Assembly (NCBI GenBank): GCA_965224705.1
Contig: OZ245056.1
Span: 2,720,001-2,784,000, forward strand
Origin: Spirochaetaceae bacterium
Lineage (GTDB): Bacteria > Spirochaetota > Spirochaetia > DSM-2461
Length of the DNA: 64,000 nt
Direction: 5' to 3'
Part shown: in pieces, positions 41,122 to 49,252 of the stretch
Layout: each line of letters starts with the position of its first letter
How positions within the stretch are numbered: the stretch's first letter is position 1
Notes under the pieces: model-generated
What the model was told of the DNA's origin: nothing
Database searches by the model: none
What the model saw: only the letters and a program-made list of their open reading frames with translations
Position numbers and translations under genes: made by a program

Positions 41122-42407
41122 ACGCGGTTTCTTTTTGGATAGAGTGCGATTCCGGCCAGCAGCAGCAAAATGTCTGGTAAGGCCATAACCACGAAAGGCG
41201 ATATCTCGGATCTTAAACCCAGAGATCGTCCAAGTACCAACAGGCTCCAATAAAATGTTGCCAGTAGCAAACCAACAAAAAATCCAACAGCTCGCCCCCC
41301 CCTTCGAGCCGTTAAACCTAATGGAAAGGCCAGAACAACAAAAGGGATGCAGGCAAATGGTATTGCATATTTCTGGTAAAACTCAAGGGTCCATACCTGC
41401 AGGGAATGATCACCAGGTTCATCAGCAAGGAGGGAAGCATATTCAGCACTATGTTCCATGACACTTGTTTTGATTTCTTCTCGATTATCAACCTCACTCA
41501 TGGATAATGCTGCATAGTTAAGCGAAATTGACCATAGTGAAATATCTTTTTTCATTTTGTGATCGGTCTGACGTTGTTGGAAGGTTTGTCTTTTTTCTTT
41601 GACCACTTTACGAACAGCTGAAGCTCTCATGGATGCCGGTCCAGTCTGTTGACTGACAATGGTCGATGCATCTGAGAACGGACGATATTCCATCGATTCA
41701 GCTCGGCTCCAACTCCATTTCCCCCTATCTTTACTATCCGGGATCAGAGTAAATACTTCAAACATATTGAAGCCGGGTATTTTACCCAGTTTACCCTGGA
41801 TATCCGGTGCGGCCAGTTTTGTCATCAGTGTTGAACGATTACCTGAATTATCATTCTCAATGATAATGAGCGGGTGAATCCCTGTTTCATCAATGTCACC
41901 TGTTACCAGAGTTGAGTTTTTGAATTTTCTTACGGCATGTTCTTCGAGTTCCAGTCCGGGATTGGTTAAGGTTAACTCAAGCCACAGCTTCTGGAAAGCC
42001 CTATTTCCTGCCGGCAAAAGAAAGTCATTGGTTATGAAGGATAAAAAGGCCAGGGTTATTCCCAGAACGAGAACAGGACGAAATATAACAAAGAAATTGA
42101 ATCCCAGAGACCGCATGGCCAGAATTTCATTCTCAGAGGAGAACTGACCATAGGCCATAAGTGTTGCCGTCAAAGTGGCAAATGGCACAGCCAATGTTAT
42201 AAAGGTTGGAAGTGAATAAAAAATCAGGAGAAGCACTGATGGCAGGGGGATGCCTTTAGCCAGAATCTGCTTTGCAAGAAGGAGTAAATGGTTCAGTAAA
42301 AAGATAAAAAAATAAAACAGGAAGCACACGAAAAAAGAAAAAAGAAATTCACCTGCAATATAGTTTTCAAGCTGTCTGTAGTATTTAGTTGTAATTCTTT
42401 TTTTCAC
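41118..42407 (-). CDS. lptF: LptF/LptG family permease (LptF-like)
   Basis: SSENEILAMRSLG, EFYQKYAIPFACI...AFPLG; probable GTG start at 42407. Confidence 0.82.
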   Translation of the reverse strand: MKKRITTKYYRQLENYIAGEFLFSFFVCFLFYFFIFLLNHLLLLAKQILAKGIPLPSVLLLIFYSLPTFITLAVPFATLTATLMAYGQFSSENEILAMRSLGFNFFVIFRPVLVLGITLAFLSFITNDFLLPAGNRAFQKLWLELTLTNPGLELEEHAVRKFKNSTLVTGDIDETGIHPLIIIENDNSGNRSTLMTKLAAPDIQGKLGKIPGFNMFEVFTLIPDSKDRGKWSWSRAESMEYRPFSDASTIVSQQTGPASMRASAVRKVVKEKRQTFQQRQTDHKMKKDISLWSISLNYAALSMSEVDNREEIKTSVMEHSAEYASLLADEPGDHSLQVWTLEFYQKYAIPFACIPFVVLAFPLGLTARRGGRAVGFFVGLLLATFYWSLLVLGRSLGLRSEISPFVVMALPDILLLLAGIALYPKRNRV

Positions 42408-42435
42408 TGCAAGTCTCTGGATTGATAACCAAATG

Positions 42436-42897
42436 TCATATTCCAGTAGAACCGAACCCCCCGGCACCACGATCTGAATCAGGGAGTGATCCTGTGAATT
42501 GAAAAACGGCCTGAGGGGCTTGAGTTATCACTATTTGAGCAATTCGCTGACCAGGTTCAATCTCAACAGTATCCTCTCCATGATTAATCAGAATAACCCG
42601 GATTTCCCCCCTATAGTCAGCATCAATTGTACCGGGACTGTTGAGAAGGGTAATTCCCTTTTTCCAGGCCAGCCCTGAACGCGGTCTTATCTGCCCTTCC
42701 CAGCCTGGGGGAATGGCAAGGCTGATGCCAGTTGGTATTAACACACGCTGACCTGGTTTTACTTTGACATGAGTTTCAATACTGGCCCTGAGATCAGCAC
42801 CTGCCGCATGTAAACTGGCATATTGCGGGGCACTTTCCTGTGGACCTGTGTATGGAATTCTGACGCTCTCAGAACCAACCTGTTCCTTCTGTTTCAT
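42436..42897 (-). CDS. dut: dUTP diphosphatase
   Basis: AGADL, RPRSGLA, GTIDADYRGE, RIAQ, RGAGGFGSTG. Confidence 0.97.
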   Translation of the reverse strand: MKQKEQVGSESVRIPYTGPQESAPQYASLHAAGADLRASIETHVKVKPGQRVLIPTGISLAIPPGWEGQIRPRSGLAWKKGITLLNSPGTIDADYRGEIRVILINHGEDTVEIEPGQRIAQIVITQAPQAVFQFTGSLPDSDRGAGGFGSTGI

Positions 42898-42901
42898 GCG
42901 A

Positions 42902-45037
42902 TTATCGCATGGGCCGCCGGGGAGAATTCTGACTGCGGGCGGGTTTCCAATCCTTTTTATCAGCATCAACCATGCTGAGGTTCAGTCGGCCCATTCGGTC
43001 AATTTCCACCAGACGCACCCTGACTTTCATTCCCTCTTTGACGACATCCTCCACCCTGTTCACGCGTTCGGTAGAAAGCTTTGAGATATGACACAGTCCT
43101 TCCTTTCCAGGAAGGATTTCTATAAAGGCACCAAAATCCATGATTCTTTTGACTTCACCTTCATAGACCATTCCGGATTCTGGTTCCGCAACAAGGGATT
43201 TAACCATATCAAGTGCAGCACGGGCACCCGTACTGCCATCCTTGGAGAAGATTGTAATCACACCGTCGTCATCAATGTTAACCTTACTGCCAGATTTCTC
43301 GCTGATGGCACGGATATTCTGACCGCCTGGACCTATGATGGAGCCAATTTTATCCACATCCACCTTGAATGTTTCGATTGCCGGTGCATATTCACTGATC
43401 ATCCCTGTTGGAGAACTGATAGTTTTTGACATCTCACCAAGAATATGCAATCTTCCTCGACAGGCCTGTTCCAGGGCATTTTTCATGACGTCGATACTGA
43501 TTCCATCAATTTTGAGATCCATCTGAAAGGCTGTGATGCCGGCTGCACTGCCGGTTACTTTGAAATCCATATCTCCCATATGATCTTCTTCACCAAGAAT
43601 ATCGGACAGTACGGCATACCTGTCTCCCTCGAAGATCAATCCCATTGCAATACCAGCCACGGGGGCTTTAATTGGAACTCCCGCAGCAAGCAGGGCCATT
43701 GTTCCGCTGCAAACAGTAGCCATGGAAGAAGAGCCGTTCGATTCAGTAATCTCCGAAACCACACGTATTGTATAGGGGAAGGTGTCCCTGGCCGGTAATA
43801 TGGGCTCAATGGCCCGCTGTGCTAAATGTCCATGACCAATTTCACGCCGTCCAGTCCCGGTGCGCCCGGTTTCTCCGACCGAGTATGGCGGAAAATTATA
43901 GTGCAGCATGAAATTCGACCGGCGATCGCCATCAATATCATCGAATATCTGTTCATCGTAGGTAGAGCCCAGGGTAACAATGCCAATTGACTGAGTTTCA
44001 CCGCGAGTGAATAGACTGGAGCCATGAGTACGGGGTAGAATCCCAATTTCTGATGTGATATCACGTATGTCAGCAGGTGTGCGGCTGTCACAGCGTTTAT
44101 TATCTTCAATTATCGATTTACGCATCATGGCAGACTGAATTTCACACAGCAATGCTTTGAAAACAGCTGAGCCATTCTCCCCATAAGCGTCAATTTCATC
44201 GGCGAACTGTTCAATGAGTTGGTTGTCAACATGCTGAACCGCATCAGATCGAGAGAATTTGTCGTCGAGAAAGAGAGCCCTGGCATAGAGAGGTTCAGCG
44301 GCTGTTCTCACCGCTTCCTCACAGCCCATTGGAGGCAGTGCCTCCGGCAGAGGAAGCTTTTTTTTGCCAGCTATTTCTGCGAAATCTTCAAGGAATTTAC
44401 AGAGATCTTTGAGAATACCTTCTCCAAAGGATAAGGCTTCCAGCATTCTTTCTTCAGGAACTTCGTTTCCCCCACCCTCAACCATGACAATACCTTTCTT
44501 GTTCCCAGCTATAACAAGATCAAGTTCCGATCTTTTCAATTGCTCGAATTCAGGATTGGCATACAGTTTTGAATCAATTGAAGCCACACGGATTGCTGCG
44601 ACAGGTCCATTAAAAGGAATGTCTGATACCATAACCGAGGCAAAGGCGGCCATCATGCCCACCACATCAGGAGGATTAATCTGATCGGCTGAAACAGTCA
44701 TGGGTATGACCTGGATGTCGCGTCCAAAACTTTTATGGAAGAGAGGCCTCATGGGCCTGTCGATGAGTCGGGAGACAAGGATCTCCTTGTCTTTGGGCCG
44801 CATTTCTCTTTTTATGAATCCTCCCGGAATTTTTCCGGCCGAGTAATAACGCTCATTGTAATCGACCATTAAAGGAACATAATCCATTCCCTCAACGACC
44901 TCTGAACCACAACATACGGTCGAGAGAACGGCACAATCGCCATATCGAGCCAGGACGGCTCCATTAGCCTGCCTGGCAATCTTACCAGTCTCGAGAATCA
45001 AGTCCCTGTCACCGATTTTTATACTTGCTGTATGCAT
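42902..45037 (-). CDS. pnp: Polyribonucleotide nucleotidyltransferase
   Basis: RLIDRPMRPLF, RREIGHG, SNGSSSM, GDMDFK, KH and S1 domains. Confidence 0.98.
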   Translation of the reverse strand: MHTASIKIGDRDLILETGKIARQANGAVLARYGDCAVLSTVCCGSEVVEGMDYVPLMVDYNERYYSAGKIPGGFIKREMRPKDKEILVSRLIDRPMRPLFHKSFGRDIQVIPMTVSADQINPPDVVGMMAAFASVMVSDIPFNGPVAAIRVASIDSKLYANPEFEQLKRSELDLVIAGNKKGIVMVEGGGNEVPEERMLEALSFGEGILKDLCKFLEDFAEIAGKKKLPLPEALPPMGCEEAVRTAAEPLYARALFLDDKFSRSDAVQHVDNQLIEQFADEIDAYGENGSAVFKALLCEIQSAMMRKSIIEDNKRCDSRTPADIRDITSEIGILPRTHGSSLFTRGETQSIGIVTLGSTYDEQIFDDIDGDRRSNFMLHYNFPPYSVGETGRTGTGRREIGHGHLAQRAIEPILPARDTFPYTIRVVSEITESNGSSSMATVCSGTMALLAAGVPIKAPVAGIAMGLIFEGDRYAVLSDILGEEDHMGDMDFKVTGSAAGITAFQMDLKIDGISIDVMKNALEQACRGRLHILGEMSKTISSPTGMISEYAPAIETFKVDVDKIGSIIGPGGQNIRAISEKSGSKVNIDDDGVITIFSKDGSTGARAALDMVKSLVAEPESGMVYEGEVKRIMDFGAFIEILPGKEGLCHISKLSTERVNRVEDVVKEGMKVRVRLVEIDRMGRLNLSMVDADKKDWKPARSQNSPRRPMR

Positions 45038-45047
45038 TCTATATCCT

Positions 45048-45317
45048 TTATTTCCTCAGACCAAGCTTCACGATGAGTTCACGATATCCTTCAAGATTCT
45101 TTCGTTTCAGGTAGCGCAGCAGGCGACGGCGCAAGCCAACCATCAGCAGCAGTCCGCGTCGGGACGCATGATCTTTCTTATGCGATAAAAAATGACCTTT
45201 AAGGTCTTCAATTCGTCTGGTTAAAAGAGCAATTTGAACCTCTGTACGTCCAGAGTCGTTTTCATTCTTTCCGTATTCACGCACGATGGCGGATTTGTCT
45301 TCTTTGGTGAGAGCCAA
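45048..45317 (-). CDS. rpsO: 30S ribosomal protein S15
   Basis: [26 protein letters not shown] start 7 nt after AAGGAG. Confidence 0.97.
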   Translation of the reverse strand: MALTKEDKSAIVREYGKNENDSGRTEVQIALLTRRIEDLKGHFLSHKKDHASRRGLLLMVGLRRRLLRYLKRKNLEGYRELIVKLGLRK

Positions 45318-45482
45318 GACATTTCTCCTTGTCAGTAATAGTCAGAGTGAAGTTTAACACCCTCCGGCCTGTTCAATGATCCGGGTCATAAATCTGCCAA
45401 TAAGGGTATTAATCCGATGCAGGGGGAAGCCGGTCAACAGTCTTCGGCTTCCCACAAAATCAGAACTCATTGGCCCATGAAA
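45318..45482 (-). promoter_or_regulatory. Structured 5' leader of rpsO (candidate S15 autoregulatory RNA)
   Basis: Nested helices GCCAATGAG/CTTATTGGC, TCTGAT/ATCGGA and GGGAAGCCG/CGGCTTCCC between the promoter and the SD. Confidence 0.55.
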
Positions 45483-45488
45483 ACTTAC

Positions 45489-45517
45489 ACAATACCAGAT
45501 GATCCAGCCTGTGTCAA
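45489..45517 (-). promoter_or_regulatory. Sigma70 promoter of rpsO-pnp
   Basis: Minus strand TTGACA-N17-TATTGT with an extended -10 TG. Confidence 0.7.
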
Positions 45518-45611
45518 GAGTGGGGGGGCATACCGCACAGGGTAATTGCATCTAATTCTGTCCCAAAAAGAATGAAAAACACTGATTTTCGAGGTCAATG
45601 GAAATTTTTAT

Positions 45612-45672
45612 CTAGGAGTCTGTCGGATTTTAAGGCTTCGAGCCGTGAGACGTAAATCCGACAGGCTCCTGG
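45612..45672. repeat. Internally deleted copy of the 2828-2966 MITE (inverted orientation)
   Basis: CTAGGAGTCTGTCGGATTTTAAG...TCGAGCCGTGAGACGTAAATCCGACAGGCTCCTGG; both halves match the reverse complement of the ends of the 2.8-kb element. Confidence 0.8.
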
Positions 45673-45708
45673 TGTCTCAAAGAATGTGGAATCTCCTCAA
45701 AGCGGCAT

Positions 45709-45930
45709 TAAACCGCAGAGAACGCAGAGGTACGCAGAGAGATATAGGGCAGCTCTTAAAACCGCTTAGAGCTGCCCGTGGGCGCATGGACGCACCCACA
45801 TTTTGGGCAAAACGCCAAAAAATGGAGAAAAAGTCTTACTTTAGTTCGGGTTTTTTCGTCTCTATAGCATAAACAGATTGGTCAACATTTATCTTGAACA
45901 CTCTGCGCTCTCTGCGTCCTCTGCGGTTAA
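45709..45930. repeat. Inverted CGCAGAG triplet arrays bounding a ~160-bp cassette
   Basis: AACCGCAGAGAACGCAGAGGTACGCAGAG (45711-45739) versus CTCTGCGCTCTCTGCGTCCTCTGCGGTTAA (45901-45930). Confidence 0.8.
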
Positions 45931-45940
45931 AAACCCATGA
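45821..45940 (+). pseudogene. Decayed 3' fragment resembling a GxxExxY-family protein
   Basis: Translates NGEKVLL*FGFFRLYSINRLVNIYLEHSALSASSAVKNP*, resembling the recalled GxxExxY C-terminus (G.K.GLL.NFG...L..GI.RLVN). Not confirmed by HMM. Confidence 0.4.
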
Positions 45941-46041
45941 ATAAGGCTTTGAAGAACACTCTGGCTAGTGGATTTTAGATGCGATTGCCCTCCATACCGC
46001 AGGAGGGAAAGCTTTCACAGAGCTGCCTCAGCAGGATTCTG

Positions 46042-47895
46042 TCAGCGGCTTCGCTCCGCTAACAGAACCAGCAGCCGCAGTTCTTCCTCATCAAAGGCTG
46101 CGTTCCATTTATTGATGAAATCAGCACTTCGGGCAATCTGGGCAATCGCCATGAGACATTGAAGATGAAAATTCCGTTCGGCCATGGAACCTGCCAGGGC
46201 GAATACAATTGTTGGTTCACTCTGTCCATTCTCAAATGTCACTCCCTGACTGGCTCGAACCAGCACGATTTCAAAACTCTCCTCGTCGTCCAGAACAATG
46301 TGGGGGATGGCCAGATGATCTGAAACCTGGGTGGTGGATTGGGCGTCCCGTATGATGAGTTTTTCAAGGATTTCATTATAGTCCGTCTTCAACCGCAGGG
46401 AAAATGCGGTTGCCAGCTTTTCAAAAAGCTCTTTGCAGGTAAGATGTTCTGACACATCCAGAATGATGGCCTTGCGGATGAGTCGATCGAAACGATCGGT
46501 AGAAACGCCATCACGTTCTATAAGAATATCGGTCAATTCATCAGCCAATCTTGAGCTTCTTAATTCCTGAGCTACGATGCGTTCAACAATTCGAAAGAGG
46601 GCGGAATCCCGTTTCGGGCTTCCCCGGCGGTAAATTATGGTCCAGATTGTTGTGACGACGAAAAAGCCTGCCGAAAGCATGAGGGGCAGAGATCCCATGG
46701 AATATATCAGCAAGGCGGAAATGAGAATGCCTGTGATGGGCAGAATTGGATAAAGTGGAGCTTTGAACAGTGGACGGTAGGAGACAATGCGGCTTTCCCT
46801 CATCAGTATGAGTGAAAGATTAACAAGAAGGAAGAGAATGAGTTTCATTGTTGAAGCGACTTTGACAAGATCAGGCAGATCCAGAATCAGAATTACCAGG
46901 GCCATGAAACAGCCGGTTATTAGAATTGCTGGAACGGGTACTCCGCGAGAATCTATTTTTCCTGACCAGGCAGGAAGAAGCCCGTCCCGGGACATAGCTG
47001 CCGGGTTCTGAGAGGCTGAAAGAATTGCCGCATTCGCCGTTGTCGCGAAAGCGATTAATGCCGCAACAGCCAGCAGGATGGCACCGGGCTGACCGACGAT
47101 TACTGCGGCACCTTCCGACAGGGGCATCAGGGTATGCCTGAAAGCCTCTGCATCAAGCAGGTTGACCGTGACCGTAATCGCAAGTACATATATCACAATA
47201 ACTATGGTAAAACTCAATATCATTCCGTACGGCAGGGTTTTCCCCGGATTTTTGACTTCATGAGCCACAGCGGCCACTTTAGTTAAACCTCCGAATGATA
47301 TAAACACCATGCCCGTCAGCGGCAGTATATCGCGAAAACTCTCAGGAATGAATCTTTTGATTTCCATCGGAGCACTCCGTATCCCGCCCGCAATTATGTA
47401 GGCTGCCAGGATGAGAATCAGTGCTCCAACCATGATTACCTGAGATTTGGCCGAACCATGCACCCCGGTAAGATTGATGAGAGTAAAAACCACCACAAAA
47501 CCCAATGCGATAAACTTGTAGGTGATTGGAGAGGTGGAGGGGTTTATCAGAGTCCAGAAAGCTCCGATACCCACCAGAGCGAAAGATCCTTTGAGAGCAA
47601 TGCTGAACCAGCCCGCAAACCCTGCAAATGATCCAAGCAATGATCCAAGGCTTCGTTCAACAAAAAAATATGTACCACCGGATTTTGGCATGGCCGTAGC
47701 CAGTTCGGCCTTGGCCAGTAATGAAGGAATCATCATTGCACCAGCCAGAAGATAGGTTATTACCACACCATAACCAATTTCTGCGAAAATCACTGCCGGC
47801 AGGACAAAGAGACCGGAGCTTATCATCGCTCCGGCAGCAATACTGAAAACTTCCAGCATACCAAGCGATTTATTGTGCTTCAGTTGAGACGACAA
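46042..47895 (-). CDS. APC-family amino acid/cation permease fused to a C-terminal PTS EIIA(Ntr/Fru)-like domain
   Basis: GAMISSGLF, ELATAMPKSGGTY, EVKNPGKTLP, MSRDGLLP, about 12 TM; C-terminal R...STT....LAIPH. Probable TTG start at 47895 (AAGGAG SD). Confidence 0.9.
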   Translation of the reverse strand: MSSQLKHNKSLGMLEVFSIAAGAMISSGLFVLPAVIFAEIGYGVVITYLLAGAMMIPSLLAKAELATAMPKSGGTYFFVERSLGSLLGSFAGFAGWFSIALKGSFALVGIGAFWTLINPSTSPITYKFIALGFVVVFTLINLTGVHGSAKSQVIMVGALILILAAYIIAGGIRSAPMEIKRFIPESFRDILPLTGMVFISFGGLTKVAAVAHEVKNPGKTLPYGMILSFTIVIVIYVLAITVTVNLLDAEAFRHTLMPLSEGAAVIVGQPGAILLAVAALIAFATTANAAILSASQNPAAMSRDGLLPAWSGKIDSRGVPVPAILITGCFMALVILILDLPDLVKVASTMKLILFLLVNLSLILMRESRIVSYRPLFKAPLYPILPITGILISALLIYSMGSLPLMLSAGFFVVTTIWTIIYRRGSPKRDSALFRIVERIVAQELRSSRLADELTDILIERDGVSTDRFDRLIRKAIILDVSEHLTCKELFEKLATAFSLRLKTDYNEILEKLIIRDAQSTTQVSDHLAIPHIVLDDEESFEIVLVRASQGVTFENGQSEPTIVFALAGSMAERNFHLQCLMAIAQIARSADFINKWNAAFDEEELRLLVLLAERSR

Positions 47896-47919
47896 GCAGA
47901 ACACTCCTTCCTATGCTTA

Positions 47920-47948
47920 ATGATTACCTTCACGCTCTGATTTGTCAA
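47920..47948 (-). promoter_or_regulatory. Putative dedicated promoter of the APC-EIIA gene
   Basis: Minus strand TTGACA-N17-AATCAT. Confidence 0.45.
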
Positions 47949-48016
47949 TGCTCATGCGTGGTATATCGGATAAGGATCTTTATCTCGTTTGATTAAAATG
48001 GAACCAGGCCCCCGGG

Positions 48017-48886
48017 CTACAACAGGCTTCCTGACACCTGGAAAACTATTCTATAGACCCATTGACCAGCAACTCTGTCAAGCAGAGCAACATCAATCCC
48101 CTGCTCATTCTGAACGAAAACCATATCGGCATCAGGCGGCAGGAACTCCGGTATACTTCGTATTGGGCGGCCGACATTCATTGCTTCAGCGACAGATTTT
48201 TGAACCATTATAAAGGGGATTCCTATTACTTCAAAAAAAGTCTCCGCTGACAATCCTTCATCAGATGTCATTTCAACCGTAAAGGGACCGATAGCCGTAC
48301 GGCGAAGCTCTTCACAATAGGCCCTGCTGTTACAGGCCAATCCCAAATCCCGTGCCAGAGATCGGATGTATGTTCCTTTTGAACATTTTATTCTTAGATC
48401 CAGATCCGGAGAATTCCAGGAAATGATTTCACAGATGTATATATGGACTTTCCGTTCCGGTAGTACAGGATGCAGTCCCTGGCGAGCACTTTTATAGGCT
48501 CTCCTGCCATTTATCTTGATTGCAGAAAAGATGGGGGGAGTCTGTGTAATTTCCCCCTTGAAGCTTTCCAGTGCTGTGAGTATTTCTTTGTATTCCGGAA
48601 TATCAGAACAGGCAACTATTCGTCCGTCCTTATCCAGGGTATCTGTTTCTTCACCGAATCGAATTCTAGCCAGATACTCCTTTGGCATTTCAGAAACCAA
48701 AGAAACCGCTCTGGTCATTTTACCGGACATAGCTATTAACAATCCCGTTGCAAAGGGATCCAATGTACCGGCATGACCTGCTTTCTGAGTGCCAATTCTT
48801 TTTTTCAGGTTATCAAGGGCTCCAAAGCTTGAGATACCCTCACACTTGTCCAGCATGTAGACTTTTGATTGATGCAAGTCTGTCAC
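48017..48886 (-). CDS. truB: tRNA pseudouridine(55) synthase
   Basis: GHAGTLDPFATG, PPIFSAIKING.RAY, CSKGTYIRSLARDLG. Confidence 0.97.
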   Translation of the reverse strand: MTDLHQSKVYMLDKCEGISSFGALDNLKKRIGTQKAGHAGTLDPFATGLLIAMSGKMTRAVSLVSEMPKEYLARIRFGEETDTLDKDGRIVACSDIPEYKEILTALESFKGEITQTPPIFSAIKINGRRAYKSARQGLHPVLPERKVHIYICEIISWNSPDLDLRIKCSKGTYIRSLARDLGLACNSRAYCEELRRTAIGPFTVEMTSDEGLSAETFFEVIGIPFIMVQKSVAEAMNVGRPIRSIPEFLPPDADMVFVQNEQGIDVALLDRVAGQWVYRIVFQVSGSLL

Positions 48887-48889
48887 GGG

Positions 48890-49252
48890 TTATTCAGAAT
48901 GGTCATTCTTTATTACTTGATCAATGAGCCTGTTAACTTCAAGACTTTTACGAACTGATTTATCAGAAACAAAATACAATCGAGGTGTGTTTCTAAATCT
49001 GATTTCCTGACCTATACGCGACTGAATGAAGCCTGCTGCATGAGCTAATCCCTGAACAGCTCTCATTGTAGCGGTTTCCCCGCCAAATGAACTCACCCAG
49101 ATTCGAGCCGAAGTGAGATCTTTCGAGACTTTTACCTGTGTCAGTGTAATCGAAGAATCAACCCTAGGATCCTTGAGTATTCCCAACATAATGAGAGTAC
49201 TGACTTTTTCCCTGATCAGACTTTCCACTCGCCGCCGACGGATATCATTCAC
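48890..49252 (-). CDS. rbfA: Ribosome-binding factor A
   Basis: KDPR, VSKDL..A, AAGFIQ, R.TPRL.F..D. Confidence 0.95.
   Translation of the reverse strand: MNDIRRRRVESLIREKVSTLIMLGILKDPRVDSSITLTQVKVSKDLTSARIWVSSFGGETATMRAVQGLAHAAGFIQSRIGQEIRFRNTPRLYFVSDKSVRKSLEVNRLIDQVIKNDHSE

Noticed and set aside
45330..45480. SRP RNA, 6S RNA or a known riboswitch upstream of rpsO
   Set aside because: The SRP domain IV motif and recognisable riboswitch consensus are absent; kept only as an unclassified leader.
45645..45872. 75-aa ORF in the repeat cluster
   Set aside because: It is stitched from MITE, CGCAGAG array and hairpin sequence and is unlikely to be a real gene.
45612..45930. Possible CRISPR array
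   Set aside because: No regularly spaced identical repeats with unique spacers, and no cas genes in the window.
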